DNA of 64,000 bases, taken from positions 1-64,000 of the forward strand of contig JAWLHR010000003.1 in NCBI GenBank assembly GCA_041690295.1. The letters are read 5' to 3'. Source of the DNA: Bdellovibrionales bacterium (GTDB taxonomy: Bacteria; Bdellovibrionota; Bdellovibrionia; Bdellovibrionales; UBA1609). A model generated the notes under the pieces. The model saw only the letters and a list, made by a program, of their open reading frames with translations, had not been told where the DNA came from and made no database searches. The translations under genes were made by a program, and so were the position numbers. Shown piece after piece: positions 1-10,541 of the stretch. Every line of letters starts with the position of its first letter. The first letter of the stretch is position 1.

Positions 1-99
1 GACGCTACACTCCCTCCAGGGCATAGACCTTCCTCCTATGCCCAAAAAGTGTAAACTATGTGTCCGGTACAAAATGTAAGCTATGTGTCGGAACGTTCA
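1..99 (+). mobile_element. Probable right terminus of an IS481-family insertion sequence (rest of element left of window)
   Basis: Two imperfect direct repeats tgtaaactatgtgtccgg / tgtaagctatgtgtcgg followed by aacgttca resemble the subterminal repeats of IS481-family ends as I recall them; no transposase is visible. Confidence 0.5.
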
Positions 100-101
100 A
101 C

Positions 102-2111
102 TTACAATCGATAAACGCAGCGGAAGCCGATGGTATTGGACGAGCCTGTGGGTTCCGAATGCAAATAGAGGGTGAATATTCCAAAATTCTCTTTATCTTC
201 GGGATCTTCAGGCCCGCCCCAATTGCCGCCCCGGCGGGCGGCACCTCCGGTGGTGCTCTTACCCGCCATATACTTACCTATACCTTGAGTACTATCGTAG
301 TTAGGATTGGTCGGCCGCCAGGAATTGGGGAACATTTCATCGGCGAGCCCAATGAGAGTGTCTAGAACATTAAATTCTAAAAAATGTGCGTTCGTCGGTC
401 CCCCATCACCTGAAAAATAGGCTTTATTGGCGGGAGTCACGAACCAGTCCAGCCACTCATAAACATTACCGGAAAGGTCCCAGATTTCTTTGCCATTGCT
501 AAGAACGTGTCGGGCTTTGGTGTCGCGTCCCGTACCACCTTCAGGATTCGCGCCGTTATAGCTACTGTCCGAGGTCACTCCAATATTGCCCTGGAAAAGA
601 GATCCGTTACCGATCGTGCCACCGGTCCAATTGATGTCTTGGTTTTCGATGTTTCGAGCTATGGTCATCCATTCCGGATTGGAAATGAGCGCATATCGGC
701 TTTCACCTTCATGGTTCAAAGCCTCACAAGCCTCGCGGGCTTTAATCTGTGAAATTCGTCGCCAAGGTTTCTCATCCGCAATTGAAACCGGTTTAAAGGT
801 CGGAATAGTCGCCCAATCATCAGTCGAGCAATCTCCGCAACCATTGACATCGATTTCGCCGGCGTCGATCACCCCGTCTTCATTGGCGTCGTTCCACGCT
901 TTGGCTTCGAACTGCATCACGCAAAAATCGCTCGTCCCCAATTCCGCATTACCTGGAACGAGGATGTATCCGTCCGGACAGAATCTCGGCCAACGATATT
1001 CGCCTGGATTCGCGGGCTTTCTGAGAGCTCCCACATCCGGGTGACGTTCGTGCCAGTCCGCGACTTTTTCTTTCCAAAGGGCAAGACCTTCTTCGCGATC
1101 GGTGATGAGTTGAAAGCAACCTGGGAAATCGGTCAGTAGATGGGTGGGCGCGGTCGCCGGACCATCAAGCCAAATGATTATGTTGTTCTCGCATTGAGCG
1201 ACATTTTCTTTCGGAGGAAAAAATCTTTTCTCCGCATCATATTCCTGCAAAAAGACCGAGTTGGTAATTGAATACATGGGTAGCTTATCTTCATCGGCCT
1301 TAAAGACGCTACCGTGGCCAAACGGCATTGAGAAGCCGGGTACGTTCACCACTGGATCGTCCTTCTCGTCCCATTTGTAGGGATACGGCATGGGTTCCAT
1401 GCGCAAAAGAACGCGATCCATCTTGATTGTCTGACCGGCTCCATCGCCACCTTTGACACTGATTCCGGTGTAACAACCATCTAAGAGCACATCGTAAACG
1501 GTACCGGAGTAGGCGTTGTCATTTTCAATGCAGTCGTCCCGAATATACTCAAACCAGACATGTTGAACCGTCCAGTTAGGTGAATTTGTAGTACGAATTC
1601 CATCGTGCATGTTGTAAACGTGGATTCCACTCCAGACCATTCCTTCATGGTAAGTCGTGGCCGAGGTCGTATTGTTCATTTCGCCACGATCTTCTTCCGT
1701 ATCGTCGGGTCCCTTTTTGCTTACCTCCCAGGAAACATCGAGCCCGTGCCAGCTCAAAGAAGACGTGAAATAGCCGCCGACCCAACACATGTTGGGGCTC
1801 GGATCTTGACCTTTTCCGAGGGTCACCATGGCGTGAGAAAAGATTTCGGGATAAATGAAGGTGGCCTCGCGGGCATCGAATTTCAAATTGGGTTCGACGT
1901 CGGGCGCATACTTTTGGGAATCATAAACACCTGAAACGGTGATCAGTTTTTCGGCGCCCTCTAAACAACTGGCGATATTCGGCACCTGATCGATCGGAGT
2001 CGGCTCTGAAGAGCCGGCCTTGCGGCCCTTTCCTACGCTTCCCGTGCATCCCACGAGAAAAAACACCAATATAGTGAGCGCGAAACCTCGCCACCTTCCA
2101 CCAACGTCCAT
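102..2111 (-). CDS. Lipoprotein: N-terminal parallel beta-helix (pectin-lyase-like) region plus C-terminal FGE-sulfatase/SUMF1 (CLec-fold) domain
   Basis: Lipobox LVGC; repetitive HVWFEYIRDDCIEND strands; FCVMQFEAK, IWDLSGNVYEW, RRGGNW...IGFRC motifs; EF-hand-like DANEDGVIDAGE. Confidence 0.75.
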   Translation of the reverse strand: MDVGGRWRGFALTILVFFLVGCTGSVGKGRKAGSSEPTPIDQVPNIASCLEGAEKLITVSGVYDSQKYAPDVEPNLKFDAREATFIYPEIFSHAMVTLGKGQDPSPNMCWVGGYFTSSLSWHGLDVSWEVSKKGPDDTEEDRGEMNNTTSATTYHEGMVWSGIHVYNMHDGIRTTNSPNWTVQHVWFEYIRDDCIENDNAYSGTVYDVLLDGCYTGISVKGGDGAGQTIKMDRVLLRMEPMPYPYKWDEKDDPVVNVPGFSMPFGHGSVFKADEDKLPMYSITNSVFLQEYDAEKRFFPPKENVAQCENNIIIWLDGPATAPTHLLTDFPGCFQLITDREEGLALWKEKVADWHERHPDVGALRKPANPGEYRWPRFCPDGYILVPGNAELGTSDFCVMQFEAKAWNDANEDGVIDAGEIDVNGCGDCSTDDWATIPTFKPVSIADEKPWRRISQIKAREACEALNHEGESRYALISNPEWMTIARNIENQDINWTGGTIGNGSLFQGNIGVTSDSSYNGANPEGGTGRDTKARHVLSNGKEIWDLSGNVYEWLDWFVTPANKAYFSGDGGPTNAHFLEFNVLDTLIGLADEMFPNSWRPTNPNYDSTQGIGKYMAGKSTTGGAARRGGNWGGPEDPEDKENFGIFTLYLHSEPTGSSNTIGFRCVYRL

Positions 2112-2252
2112 ATATTTGATTTTGTTTTGAGTTACGTGGGATTACCAGCCAATTTAAAATGCCTCTCACAATGAGATCGCCCGTGTCTCAAACTTAACCG
2201 GAGCCATTTCAAAGCCGGAAAACGCCTGAATGATTTGAATGAAAAGTGCCAA

Positions 2253-2903
2253 TCAATTTGTCCGCACGGTGCCGCCACGGCGGGCACGGACAAACTCGAA
2301 AACAATTGGCAGAACCGAGACGATAATGATGGCCATTATCACGTATTGGAAATTGGACTTCACGGCCGGAATGTTACCGAAGAAATATCCAAGAATCGTA
2401 AACGAAGAGATCCAGGCGATTCCACCGAACACATTAAAAAAGAAGAACTTTCGCCGATCCATTGCGCCCACTCCCGCCACGAACGGAGCATAGGTCCGCA
2501 CGATCGGAACGAAGCGAGCCAAAACAATGGTTTTACCGCCATGCTTTTCGTAAAACTCCTGAGTCCGAAGCAAGTGCTTGCGATTCAGCCAACGGACTTC
2601 CCGACTAAAAATCATCGGACCCACCCAGCGGCCGATATGATAATTCACAAAGTCACCAAGAACGGCGGCTACGATCAACAGCGGGACCATCACCCAAATA
2701 TCAACACCCGGTAAGTTCAAGGACATCAGCGCGCCAGTCGCGAACAATAAAGAATCGCCCGGCAAAATCGGCGTCACCACCAATCCGGTCTCGGCGAATA
2801 TGATCAAGAACAAAATTATGTATAGGCCCGATCCATAATCGAGGGCCCACATGTGCAAATAGGTTGGAAGATTATGAAAGAAATCCAAAAGTAGACTGAA
2901 CAT
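2253..2903 (-). CDS. dedA: DedA family membrane protein
   Basis: FAETGL...LPGDSLLF and GGKTIVLARFVPIVRT motifs. Confidence 0.92.
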   Translation of the reverse strand: MFSLLLDFFHNLPTYLHMWALDYGSGLYIILFLIIFAETGLVVTPILPGDSLLFATGALMSLNLPGVDIWVMVPLLIVAAVLGDFVNYHIGRWVGPMIFSREVRWLNRKHLLRTQEFYEKHGGKTIVLARFVPIVRTYAPFVAGVGAMDRRKFFFFNVFGGIAWISSFTILGYFFGNIPAVKSNFQYVIMAIIIVSVLPIVFEFVRARRGGTVRTN

Positions 2904-2953
2904 GTTCTTTAATTGCTACCGTGGGCATCAACTAATAGCAAATGAAAATGCTC

Positions 2954-4273
2954 TTAGGGGCAGGCCGGAAGATCAATGGCGAATTTTCGGCCGAAGCGGC
3001 GGCGCGGATGGTCTTGCTCGTGAATCAGTGGGCCAAAACCGTTGGACCAATCCGCCTGTAATGACAGGCGATCTCCGTGCCGGGATTGAACTCGCGCGGT
3101 GGAAGTTTTCTGACCCAGCTCACGAACTGTTAGTTCAGCCCATTCATCAAAAGCCAGTTCGATCCATTCACTGACAAATTCCACGGAATCCAATGTTTTT
3201 GAAGCTGTCCGACAAATCGGCAGATGGAAAACTTCAAACCGAAGGTGTCCCTCATCCGAATTTTTCATCTGATAAACGAAAGCCTTGTACCGAACACCTT
3301 CGGTGCCGCCCTTTTCCAACTGTCGCTCGCGAAGGTTTTCCGCCGCGATCTGCTGAAATCTCGCGAACCGTTGTGGTGCGACGGTGGATTCATTCGCCAC
3401 GCACTGAGCCGGATTGACCGGATGAAAACATCGCGCGTTCGTGGCCGTAACCGTTTGATGATCTTCATAGCGAAAGAGCGATCGGCCATGCTTACGCCGG
3501 ACCTGCTCAGCGAAAGCTTTGCGATCGCCGGATCCTTGCAATATCGCCTGGACGCGCCAACTTCCCGGCGCGAAAAGCGGCGCCCCCGAATTCCCTTGCC
3601 GGGACGTACATCCGAACCCCGTGATCACGTCCGGATTCTCACTGAGATCAAACGGAAAAAGCGCGCGGTGCTTGCGGACGCGGCATTCGATGGTTTCGAT
3701 TGTGTAGTGAGCAAAGTTATCCGCATCGCTTGACCGGTTAACCACATAGCCGATCAGTTTCGAAAAATCAGTGCTCGTTGAGGCCTCGGCGAACTCAAAA
3801 GGCCGGATGTTCAATATCGGTGATTCAAGATCGTAGAGTCCGATGTCCGGTCGCCCCGATTCAAATTCGCCGTGACCGGCGCTGAATTTTTTAAAGGCCA
3901 CACCCATAACCTTGCGGACGTGACGACCACCGCTGGATGAAGTGATGAAATAACCCGTGAAAGTCCGTGATCGGTCACAATGGCCCACGCTGGCAATTCG
4001 GTTGGGGGCGACCAAAAAAGCCGTGCAACGGCGAATGGGGATCAAGCCATTTTCCTGTTGAGGACCCACGAAGACCAGCATCCCGACGGCTTCGGGACAT
4101 TGCTTTTCACCGCAATCCAAGCGGACGGATTCAACCGACCATGCTCCGCTCGCGAACTCAACGGACGGTGGCAAGGTTTCCGCGGCGGGTGCGCTCTTTT
4201 TGTCGTTTCCGCATGACGCTTGAAACAGCAAAAGAGTCAGAACCAAGAATGTCGAAAATATGGACCGACCCAT
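2954..4273 (-). CDS. Trypsin-like serine protease lipoprotein
   Basis: Lipobox QASC; triad motifs SVGHC, RPDIG, QGNSGAP. Confidence 0.75.
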   Translation of the reverse strand: MGRSIFSTFLVLTLLLFQASCGNDKKSAPAAETLPPSVEFASGAWSVESVRLDCGEKQCPEAVGMLVFVGPQQENGLIPIRRCTAFLVAPNRIASVGHCDRSRTFTGYFITSSSGGRHVRKVMGVAFKKFSAGHGEFESGRPDIGLYDLESPILNIRPFEFAEASTSTDFSKLIGYVVNRSSDADNFAHYTIETIECRVRKHRALFPFDLSENPDVITGFGCTSRQGNSGAPLFAPGSWRVQAILQGSGDRKAFAEQVRRKHGRSLFRYEDHQTVTATNARCFHPVNPAQCVANESTVAPQRFARFQQIAAENLRERQLEKGGTEGVRYKAFVYQMKNSDEGHLRFEVFHLPICRTASKTLDSVEFVSEWIELAFDEWAELTVRELGQKTSTARVQSRHGDRLSLQADWSNGFGPLIHEQDHPRRRFGRKFAIDLPACP

Positions 4274-4370
4274 ACGGGCAGACCCTAAAGCAAAACCAGG
4301 ACCCGGGTGGGGTAAAACTCAAGCCAGCTGGACGGTTAGGAAGTGCCCAATCTTGTCACTGAAATTGGAA

Positions 4371-4880
4371 TTATTTCTGAGCGACGGCCAGTTTGACTTC
4401 GGCGTAACCAGCCATCATCGAGGTGTACATGATCTTTTGCAGTACCTCATAGGAAAGTTCACGGTCCGCCTGCAAGAGGATTTGTCCATCGAATTCAAAG
4501 GCGTCGTTCACTTCCTGAATGCTCTTCGCATGCTTGGCGCGGGCATCAAGTTCCTCGAATAAAGAACGGATGAAAGAAGAGTCATTCTTATCAACTTGCG
4601 CGGCGGGAACCTGTCCGCCTTCCAGTTCAAGAACTTTCTTTTCCTCGACGAAGACACCATCCTGCGCCACCACCATTTTCACCACGTCAACCGGGTCGGT
4701 GGTGGAAGTGGATTCGGGAATCCGCAGTCCGTCTTTTAATGTAATATTCACGGGGCTGGTGGAGTAGCTTTTCAGCAAAAACACGAGAAGAATAACGAAC
4801 ATATCGACCAGAGACGTGATCTGAATCTTGAACGTCGCGGATCTTCTATCCTGATATTTGGCGAATCCTCTGCGTCTCAT
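4371..4880 (-). CDS. ExbD/TolR family protein (gliding motor type)
   Basis: ITSLVDMFVILLVFLL TM with conserved Asp; LQADRELSY. Confidence 0.88.
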   Translation of the reverse strand: MRRRGFAKYQDRRSATFKIQITSLVDMFVILLVFLLKSYSTSPVNITLKDGLRIPESTSTTDPVDVVKMVVAQDGVFVEEKKVLELEGGQVPAAQVDKNDSSFIRSLFEELDARAKHAKSIQEVNDAFEFDGQILLQADRELSYEVLQKIMYTSMMAGYAEVKLAVAQK

Positions 4881-4884
4881 TTCT

Positions 4885-5418
4885 TCAATCCCCGATCACA
4901 TTGGCGAACAGAATATTCGGAAACATCAATTCCGTTTCAATCTGTTGCCCATTCGCCGGATCAACGAACTTGATCTTACGTGAATCCGGAGTCCGGCGGA
5001 TTTTATCCATGACCTGCACAAGCTCGTTCAGGTTCACGTCCGTAGCTGGAGCGAAGTCGATCCGGAAGACTTCCGGGTTCTGCTCTTTCACCTGAAATGC
5101 CACGGCTTGGAGTTTCTCCAAATCCCATCCGGAGGCGCTGTTAGCCACCGGAAGTGGCGTGACCTTTCCATTTTTGTTCACTTCAAAAACGAATCCTTTT
5201 TGCTTGGAGATCTTCAAACCGACGGTTGTTTCCGATTTTTCATTGGCCCGTTGCATGGCTTCCGCCACGACTTGCGGAACGTTGGCGTCGATCATTTTCA
5301 CCTGCACGAAAGCCACGCTGAGCAGCAGCAGGGGAACAATCGCGACAATAATGTCGAGGATCGGCGCCAGATTGAGGTCGAATGTGGCGTCGCCCGCTCG
5401 GGTCCGTTGCAATCTCAT
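4885..5418 (-). CDS. ExbD/TolR family protein (gliding motor type)
   Basis: LNLAPILDIIVAIVPLLL TM with conserved Asp. Confidence 0.88.
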   Translation of the reverse strand: MRLQRTRAGDATFDLNLAPILDIIVAIVPLLLLSVAFVQVKMIDANVPQVVAEAMQRANEKSETTVGLKISKQKGFVFEVNKNGKVTPLPVANSASGWDLEKLQAVAFQVKEQNPEVFRIDFAPATDVNLNELVQVMDKIRRTPDSRKIKFVDPANGQQIETELMFPNILFANVIGD

Positions 5419-6140
5419 TAGGAAGCCTTCGCCGGCGGCGGAACAGCTTTCTTACCGCCAGTCATCCCATCCATATTCAAATTGCTCGGATAAGCCGTAA
5501 GCCCCTTATAAGGCATGTAAATCCGGCTCTTCAGAGCTTCGATCACTTTTTGCGAACACTGATCGATTTCGTTGAACAGCACGCTCTGCTTGGATTGCAG
5601 GAACGAGTAACAAATCATAACCGGAATCGCGAACATCAAACCCAGCATGGTCGCGGTCATCGCGATCGAAATACCTTCCGCCAGCAGGGTTTGTTTTTGA
5701 GCGACGTCGGCGAAACTGACCGCGCGGAACGCGGTGATCAGACCGACAACGGTTCCCAAAAGACCGATCAACGTCACGACGTTAGCGACCATCTGCAAGT
5801 GCCCAAGGCCTTTTTGCAGACGGGGCGCCACTTCGGCCGCGGCGATGTCCAGCGAGCTTTCGATCGCGGAATCATCCCGGTCGGAACGCTCAAGAATCCG
5901 CTTGGTCACATAGGCCAGCGGCTTCTTTTCATTGGCGCTACAAAAGGTGATCGCTTCTTCGATTTTGTCCTGTTCAATTAGGCTCATGACCTGTTTCATG
6001 AACGGGCCCGTGGGCAGAGCATAGTCGATATAAAGCGCTCTGTACCGCTCGAACACCAGGTACAAGCCGAACATACCGACGGCCACAATAAATCCGTCGA
6101 TGATCTTATAGTTATTCAGGAAGCTGAGTACAGCATCCAT
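5418..6140 (-). CDS. MotA/TolQ/ExbB proton channel protein (AglR-like)
   Basis: TLIGLLGTVVGLITAF...LAEGISIAMTATMLGL; start taken at MDAVL after G-rich RBS. Confidence 0.9.
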   Translation of the reverse strand: MDAVLSFLNNYKIIDGFIVAVGMFGLYLVFERYRALYIDYALPTGPFMKQVMSLIEQDKIEEAITFCSANEKKPLAYVTKRILERSDRDDSAIESSLDIAAAEVAPRLQKGLGHLQMVANVVTLIGLLGTVVGLITAFRAVSFADVAQKQTLLAEGISIAMTATMLGLMFAIPVMICYSFLQSKQSVLFNEIDQCSQKVIEALKSRIYMPYKGLTAYPSNLNMDGMTGGKKAVPPPAKAS

Positions 6141-6361
6141 ATGGTTCCCCCCATATTTCGACAAAGATCTTATCGTCGTTTCGACCGGCCCCTAAAATCT
6201 CGGAAAAATCGCAAAAATCTTCTACAGGTTTTGGCGTCCCGTATGAATGTGAGACAAGCGCAAAAACGTCACCGGACTGCAATTAGTACATGGGGGCGCC
6301 GCCATCGGCGAACTAATGGGATTAGAAACTGGTCCCACCCTTGCTCACTTGGTGGCCCATC

Positions 6362-6817
6362 ATGGATGACCTTTTGAGACGGATCTCACTTCTTTTTATC
6401 GCGACCTTTTCGATCGCAACCGCGCGGGCCAATGAGATCTCGTTGGAGTACGTCAGCCCCCAGCGAAAACTTGACCTTGAGCGCGACTTTGCAAACGCCC
6501 GTTTTTCCCAATCCGACCGGGATTCAGCCCAAAACCGAGTTTGGAACTGTGAAATGGTGGGTGTGCGTTCCCGGATGCAAGTTCAACGTGACCTAAAACT
6601 CTACAAATTAGTCATGTTGCCGGGATCAAACGCGTTAAACAACTCCGGTTCTCATATCATACGAAAGTATGAGTTCAAAGATAACGCGCTCATCGGCCAA
6701 AACGAACGTTTTGAAGACCAAGTGCGTATGACCTCTGACGGGCGATTAATCGCGAAACTGACCGCGCTTAAACCCCAGACCATGGTCATTTCCTATTCCG
6801 TATGCCGCTCCTTGTGA
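6362..6817 (+). CDS. Secreted hypothetical protein
   Basis: Signal peptide (ARA-N); fills the intergenic space. Confidence 0.65.
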   Translation: MDDLLRRISLLFIATFSIATARANEISLEYVSPQRKLDLERDFANARFSQSDRDSAQNRVWNCEMVGVRSRMQVQRDLKLYKLVMLPGSNALNNSGSHIIRKYEFKDNALIGQNERFEDQVRMTSDGRLIAKLTALKPQTMVISYSVCRSL

Positions 6818-6863
6818 GCCGCGTGTTGACTCTTAGCGATTCATATCCATTAATTAAAACTTC

Positions 6864-7919
6864 ATGGAATGGCTGATTGTAGCGGTCTGTTTGTTCCTTA
6901 ACGCGATCTTGGCCGCCGCTGAAATTGCATTTGTCACCCTTACTCGACCTCAAATCCGCGAGCTGCTGAAAACCGGTAAAAAGTCGGCGGAAACTCTCTT
7001 TGAACTGCGCGCGAACCCTGAACGAACCCTCTCCGTGATCCAGGTGGGCATAAGTTTAGTGGGGATGTTGGGCGCCGCGGTCGGCGGAGTTGAAGCCACA
7101 AACACATTGAGCCCTTATTTTCAGTCCACCTTGGGCGTGGGCGCCGCCACCGCGAAAGCGATTTCCATCACCGCCATCATCGTGCCTCTCACTTTTTTGA
7201 GCGTTATTTTCGGCGAACTGGTTCCAAAAACCCTGGCCCTTCGCAACCCCGTTCGAATCGCCCTTTGGACCGCCAAATGGTTACGCTTTCTGGATCGCAT
7301 TTTTCTCCCGATCGTGGATTTTCTCGAATGGGCGACGAAAAAGGTTTTAAAAGTCCTGTTTCCCCGTAGCCGCGCGCAAGTCACGGCACCCAGTGACACG
7401 GTGGAGCTTGATCAACTTTCATCGCAAGCGCGCCAATACATTCTGAACCTGGTGGGGATCGAAAAGAAAAGGGTTCGTGATGTCATGCTCCCCTGGGGAA
7501 AAGTGGACTACGTCAGCTTTTCTCAAAGCGTGGAAGAAGTTGAATCCGTCGCGCTTCGCTCGGGGCACACGCGACTACCTGTGATGGCCGAGGACGGCCA
7601 ACTTTTTGGGATCATCAACACCAAGGAATTATTAGCCCTGGTGAAGTCCGGAAGTGATCAGTGGACCCATATCGTGCGTCCGATGTCCCGGGTTTCGGAA
7701 AGCGATTCACTCTTTAAAGCCTTACGGCAGATGCAGGAAAAACGCAGTCACCTCTCCGCCGTATTCAGTGGCACGAATCTGGTCGGCATTGTCACCATGG
7801 AAGACATCATTGAAGAAGTGATCGGTGAGATTTATGACGAGGACGACGACGGCGCGCTTCGACGTATTTTAAGTTCGGCGGGTCGTATGCGTGGAAGTTC
7901 TAGCCAAAACGTCCCGTGA
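6864..7919 (+). CDS. Hemolysin-family CNNM (DUF21) + CBS domain protein
   Basis: [43 protein letters not shown]. Confidence 0.9.
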   Translation: MEWLIVAVCLFLNAILAAAEIAFVTLTRPQIRELLKTGKKSAETLFELRANPERTLSVIQVGISLVGMLGAAVGGVEATNTLSPYFQSTLGVGAATAKAISITAIIVPLTFLSVIFGELVPKTLALRNPVRIALWTAKWLRFLDRIFLPIVDFLEWATKKVLKVLFPRSRAQVTAPSDTVELDQLSSQARQYILNLVGIEKKRVRDVMLPWGKVDYVSFSQSVEEVESVALRSGHTRLPVMAEDGQLFGIINTKELLALVKSGSDQWTHIVRPMSRVSESDSLFKALRQMQEKRSHLSAVFSGTNLVGIVTMEDIIEEVIGEIYDEDDDGALRRILSSAGRMRGSSSQNVP

Positions 7920-8667
7920 TGTAAGACTCAGTGCGGGTATCCTTCGGCTTCGTGAATATCTGATCGGTCAAACCAAACTCCACCAGCTCGCCCAAATACA
8001 TGAACGCGGTGTAATCGGAAATTCGCGCCGCCTGGTGAAGGTTGTGGGTCACCATCACGATGGTCACGGATTTCTTAAGTTCGGTGGCGAGTTCTTCGAT
8101 ATGCCCGGTGGAAATTGGATCCAGCGCACTGGTGGGCTCATCGAGCAAAACAATTTCCGGTTCGGTCGCGAGCGCCCGGGCGATGCAGAGTCGCTGCTGC
8201 TGTCCACCGGAAAGAGCCAGGGCATTGGCATCCAGACGATCCTTAACCTCGTTCCAGAGTCCGGCTTGGCGAAGGGCGACTTCCACGCTCTGTTCGATCA
8301 CCGTCCTGCGTTTCACACCTCGCACACGTAAACCATAGGCGACGTTTTCAAAAATGGATTTGGGGAATGGATTGGGCTTTTGAAAAACCATTCCGATCCG
8401 CATGCGCACTTCAATGGGATCGATTTCCTTATCCAAAATGTTTTGATTTTCAGGATAAAGCCAGATCTCCCCTTGATAGCGATTGCCCGGGTAAAGATCA
8501 TGCATGCGATTAAAACAGCGGAGCAAAGTGGTTTTGCCACAACCCGACGGCCCGATTAAGGCCGTGATGGAGTTCTTGTAAATGGGAATGGAAACAGAGT
8601 TTACGACCTGTTTTTCGCCGTAAAAGAAACTGAGCTGTTTCACGTTGGCCGAAAGATTCTGTTCCAT
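7900..8667 (-). CDS. pstB: Phosphate ABC transporter ATP-binding protein
   Basis: [33 protein letters not shown]. Confidence 0.97.
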   Translation of the reverse strand: MEQNLSANVKQLSFFYGEKQVVNSVSIPIYKNSITALIGPSGCGKTTLLRCFNRMHDLYPGNRYQGEIWLYPENQNILDKEIDPIEVRMRIGMVFQKPNPFPKSIFENVAYGLRVRGVKRRTVIEQSVEVALRQAGLWNEVKDRLDANALALSGGQQQRLCIARALATEPEIVLLDEPTSALDPISTGHIEELATELKKSVTIVMVTHNLHQAARISDYTAFMYLGELVEFGLTDQIFTKPKDTRTESYITGRFG

Positions 8668-8669
8668 GC

Positions 8670-9581
8670 TCACCACCGTATCCTCTTCCGAAAGCGATGC
8701 CTAATATAAATGGCGATCGCATTCATGACGAGTGTCATGCATAACAAAATAAGCCCCGTGGCCGCGGCGTTAACGTGAAATTCAGTCTGGGGCCGCGAAA
8801 TCCAGTTGAACATCTGAATGGGCATGACCGTGAACGGATCCATGAGCCACTCGAACGAGACAAATGGAAAGTCCGCTTTGACTGGCGGCGTGGGCAAAAA
8901 GGCTATGAACGTCAAAGCCCCGATGGTGATCAGCGGCGCGGTTTCGCCAATCGCACGGCTGAGCGAGATGATCACACCGGTCAGCACTCCGCCGGTTGAA
9001 TAAGGCAAAAGGTGGTGCTGAATCACCTGCCATTTGGTGGCCCCCACCGCATAGGCGGCCTCGCGAATATGATTCGGGATGGTCCTTAAAGCTTCGCGCG
9101 TGGCCACGATGACAATGGGTAAAACCAAAAGTCCAAGGGTCAACCCCGCGGTAAAAATACTTTGCCCAAGACCAAACCGATAGACGAAAAGCCCTAAGGC
9201 CATCAGCCCGAAAGTGATCGAGGGAATTCCAGCCAAGTTGACAATGTTCAATTCGATAAACGCCGTCAGCGGGTTCTTGGGAGCGTATTCTTCCAGATAA
9301 ATTCCCGCGGCCACGCCAAGAGGAATCGCGCAAAGTGCGGTGACGAGCATAATACAAAGCGTTCCCACCCAGGCCGAAAGGATCCCCGCGCGCTCGGGAA
9401 TCCGCGAGGGAAAATGAGTTAAAAAATCAATCGAGATCCGGGGGGCGCCACTTAGGGCCATGTCCACCAAAAGGGCCAGCAATGTGCAAAGCGAGAAGAA
9501 AAGTAAAAGTAAAGCCACGCACTTAAAGATGAAATCTTTGATCTTACGGCGGTAGAGATAAGAGTCGCGAGTTTTCATCAA
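8670..9581 (-). CDS. pstA: Phosphate ABC transporter permease
   Basis: [18 protein letters not shown]; operon position. Confidence 0.95.
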   Translation of the reverse strand: MMKTRDSYLYRRKIKDFIFKCVALLLLFFSLCTLLALLVDMALSGAPRISIDFLTHFPSRIPERAGILSAWVGTLCIMLVTALCAIPLGVAAGIYLEEYAPKNPLTAFIELNIVNLAGIPSITFGLMALGLFVYRFGLGQSIFTAGLTLGLLVLPIVIVATREALRTIPNHIREAAYAVGATKWQVIQHHLLPYSTGGVLTGVIISLSRAIGETAPLITIGALTFIAFLPTPPVKADFPFVSFEWLMDPFTVMPIQMFNWISRPQTEFHVNAAATGLILLCMTLVMNAIAIYIRHRFRKRIRW

Positions 9582-10540
9582 TAAGCCTCACGGAACCGGC
9601 GTCGAAGCGCGAATCCAACCAGGTTGAACCCTAAGGTCAAAAGCATGAGAGTTAAACCCGCCACATAAATGGATTGGTAACCAATCGATCCGTGGGGAAC
9701 GTCACCAAGGCTCACTTGCACGATAAAGGCGGTGATCGTGGCCACAGGTTCCACTGGATTGGCGGTGAAATTCGGTTGAAGTCCCGCCGCCACCGCCACC
9801 ACCATGGTTTCGCCAAGGGCCCGGGAGATACCCAGGATGTACGCGGACATGACTCCCGAAAACGCGGCCGGCATGACCACTCGGAATGATGTCTGAAGGC
9901 GCGTGGCTCCCACGGCGAATGAACCTTCACGCAAATAAGCGGGCACCGCGCGCATGGCATCTTCGCTGAGCGAAGATACGTAGGGCACGATCATCAATCC
10001 CATGACCAAGCCCGCGCTCAAGGCATTGAATCCCGACATTTCAGTAAAAATTTTCTGCAAGAGCGGGGTCACGAATAAAAGAGCGAAGTAACCGTACACC
10101 ACCGTTGGGACCGCGGCGAGAAGTTCAAGAATGGGCTTTAAGGTTTCACGCAAACGTGCGGGAGCGTATTCGCTTAAAAAAATCGCGATGATTGTTCCAA
10201 CCGGGATCGCCACGATCAATGCGATCACGGTGGTGAGTAAAGTTCCGGCGAGCAAGGGAAGAATCCCAAACTTCGGCTCGGCAAAAAGCGGTGTCCACTC
10301 CGTTCCCGTCAGGAACTCCCCGACCGAAACGGATTTGAAGAACGGGATCGATTCAACCACGAGAATGGTTAATATCGAAGCGGTGATCAAAACGCTGGAA
10401 GCCGCAGCCAAGAAAAGCAATGCCTCGATTCCACGTTCTTTCCAAATGCGCGTACGACGCACGTTCAGCCGTGTTTGTTGCAAGGCTGATAACTTGTTCA
10501 GCCCGATGGCTTCTATGGAATCGGCGTCTCGCGCGCTCAT
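9578..10540 (-). CDS. pstC: Phosphate ABC transporter permease
   Basis: ELLAAVPTVVYG, SRALGETM. Confidence 0.95.
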   Translation of the reverse strand: MSARDADSIEAIGLNKLSALQQTRLNVRRTRIWKERGIEALLFLAAASSVLITASILTILVVESIPFFKSVSVGEFLTGTEWTPLFAEPKFGILPLLAGTLLTTVIALIVAIPVGTIIAIFLSEYAPARLRETLKPILELLAAVPTVVYGYFALLFVTPLLQKIFTEMSGFNALSAGLVMGLMIVPYVSSLSEDAMRAVPAYLREGSFAVGATRLQTSFRVVMPAAFSGVMSAYILGISRALGETMVVAVAAGLQPNFTANPVEPVATITAFIVQVSLGDVPHGSIGYQSIYVAGLTLMLLTLGFNLVGFALRRRFREAY

Positions 10541-10541
10541 A

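Noticed and set aside
102..260. Complete diversity-generating retroelement
   Set aside because: Only a target-like fold; no template repeat, RT or avd in the window
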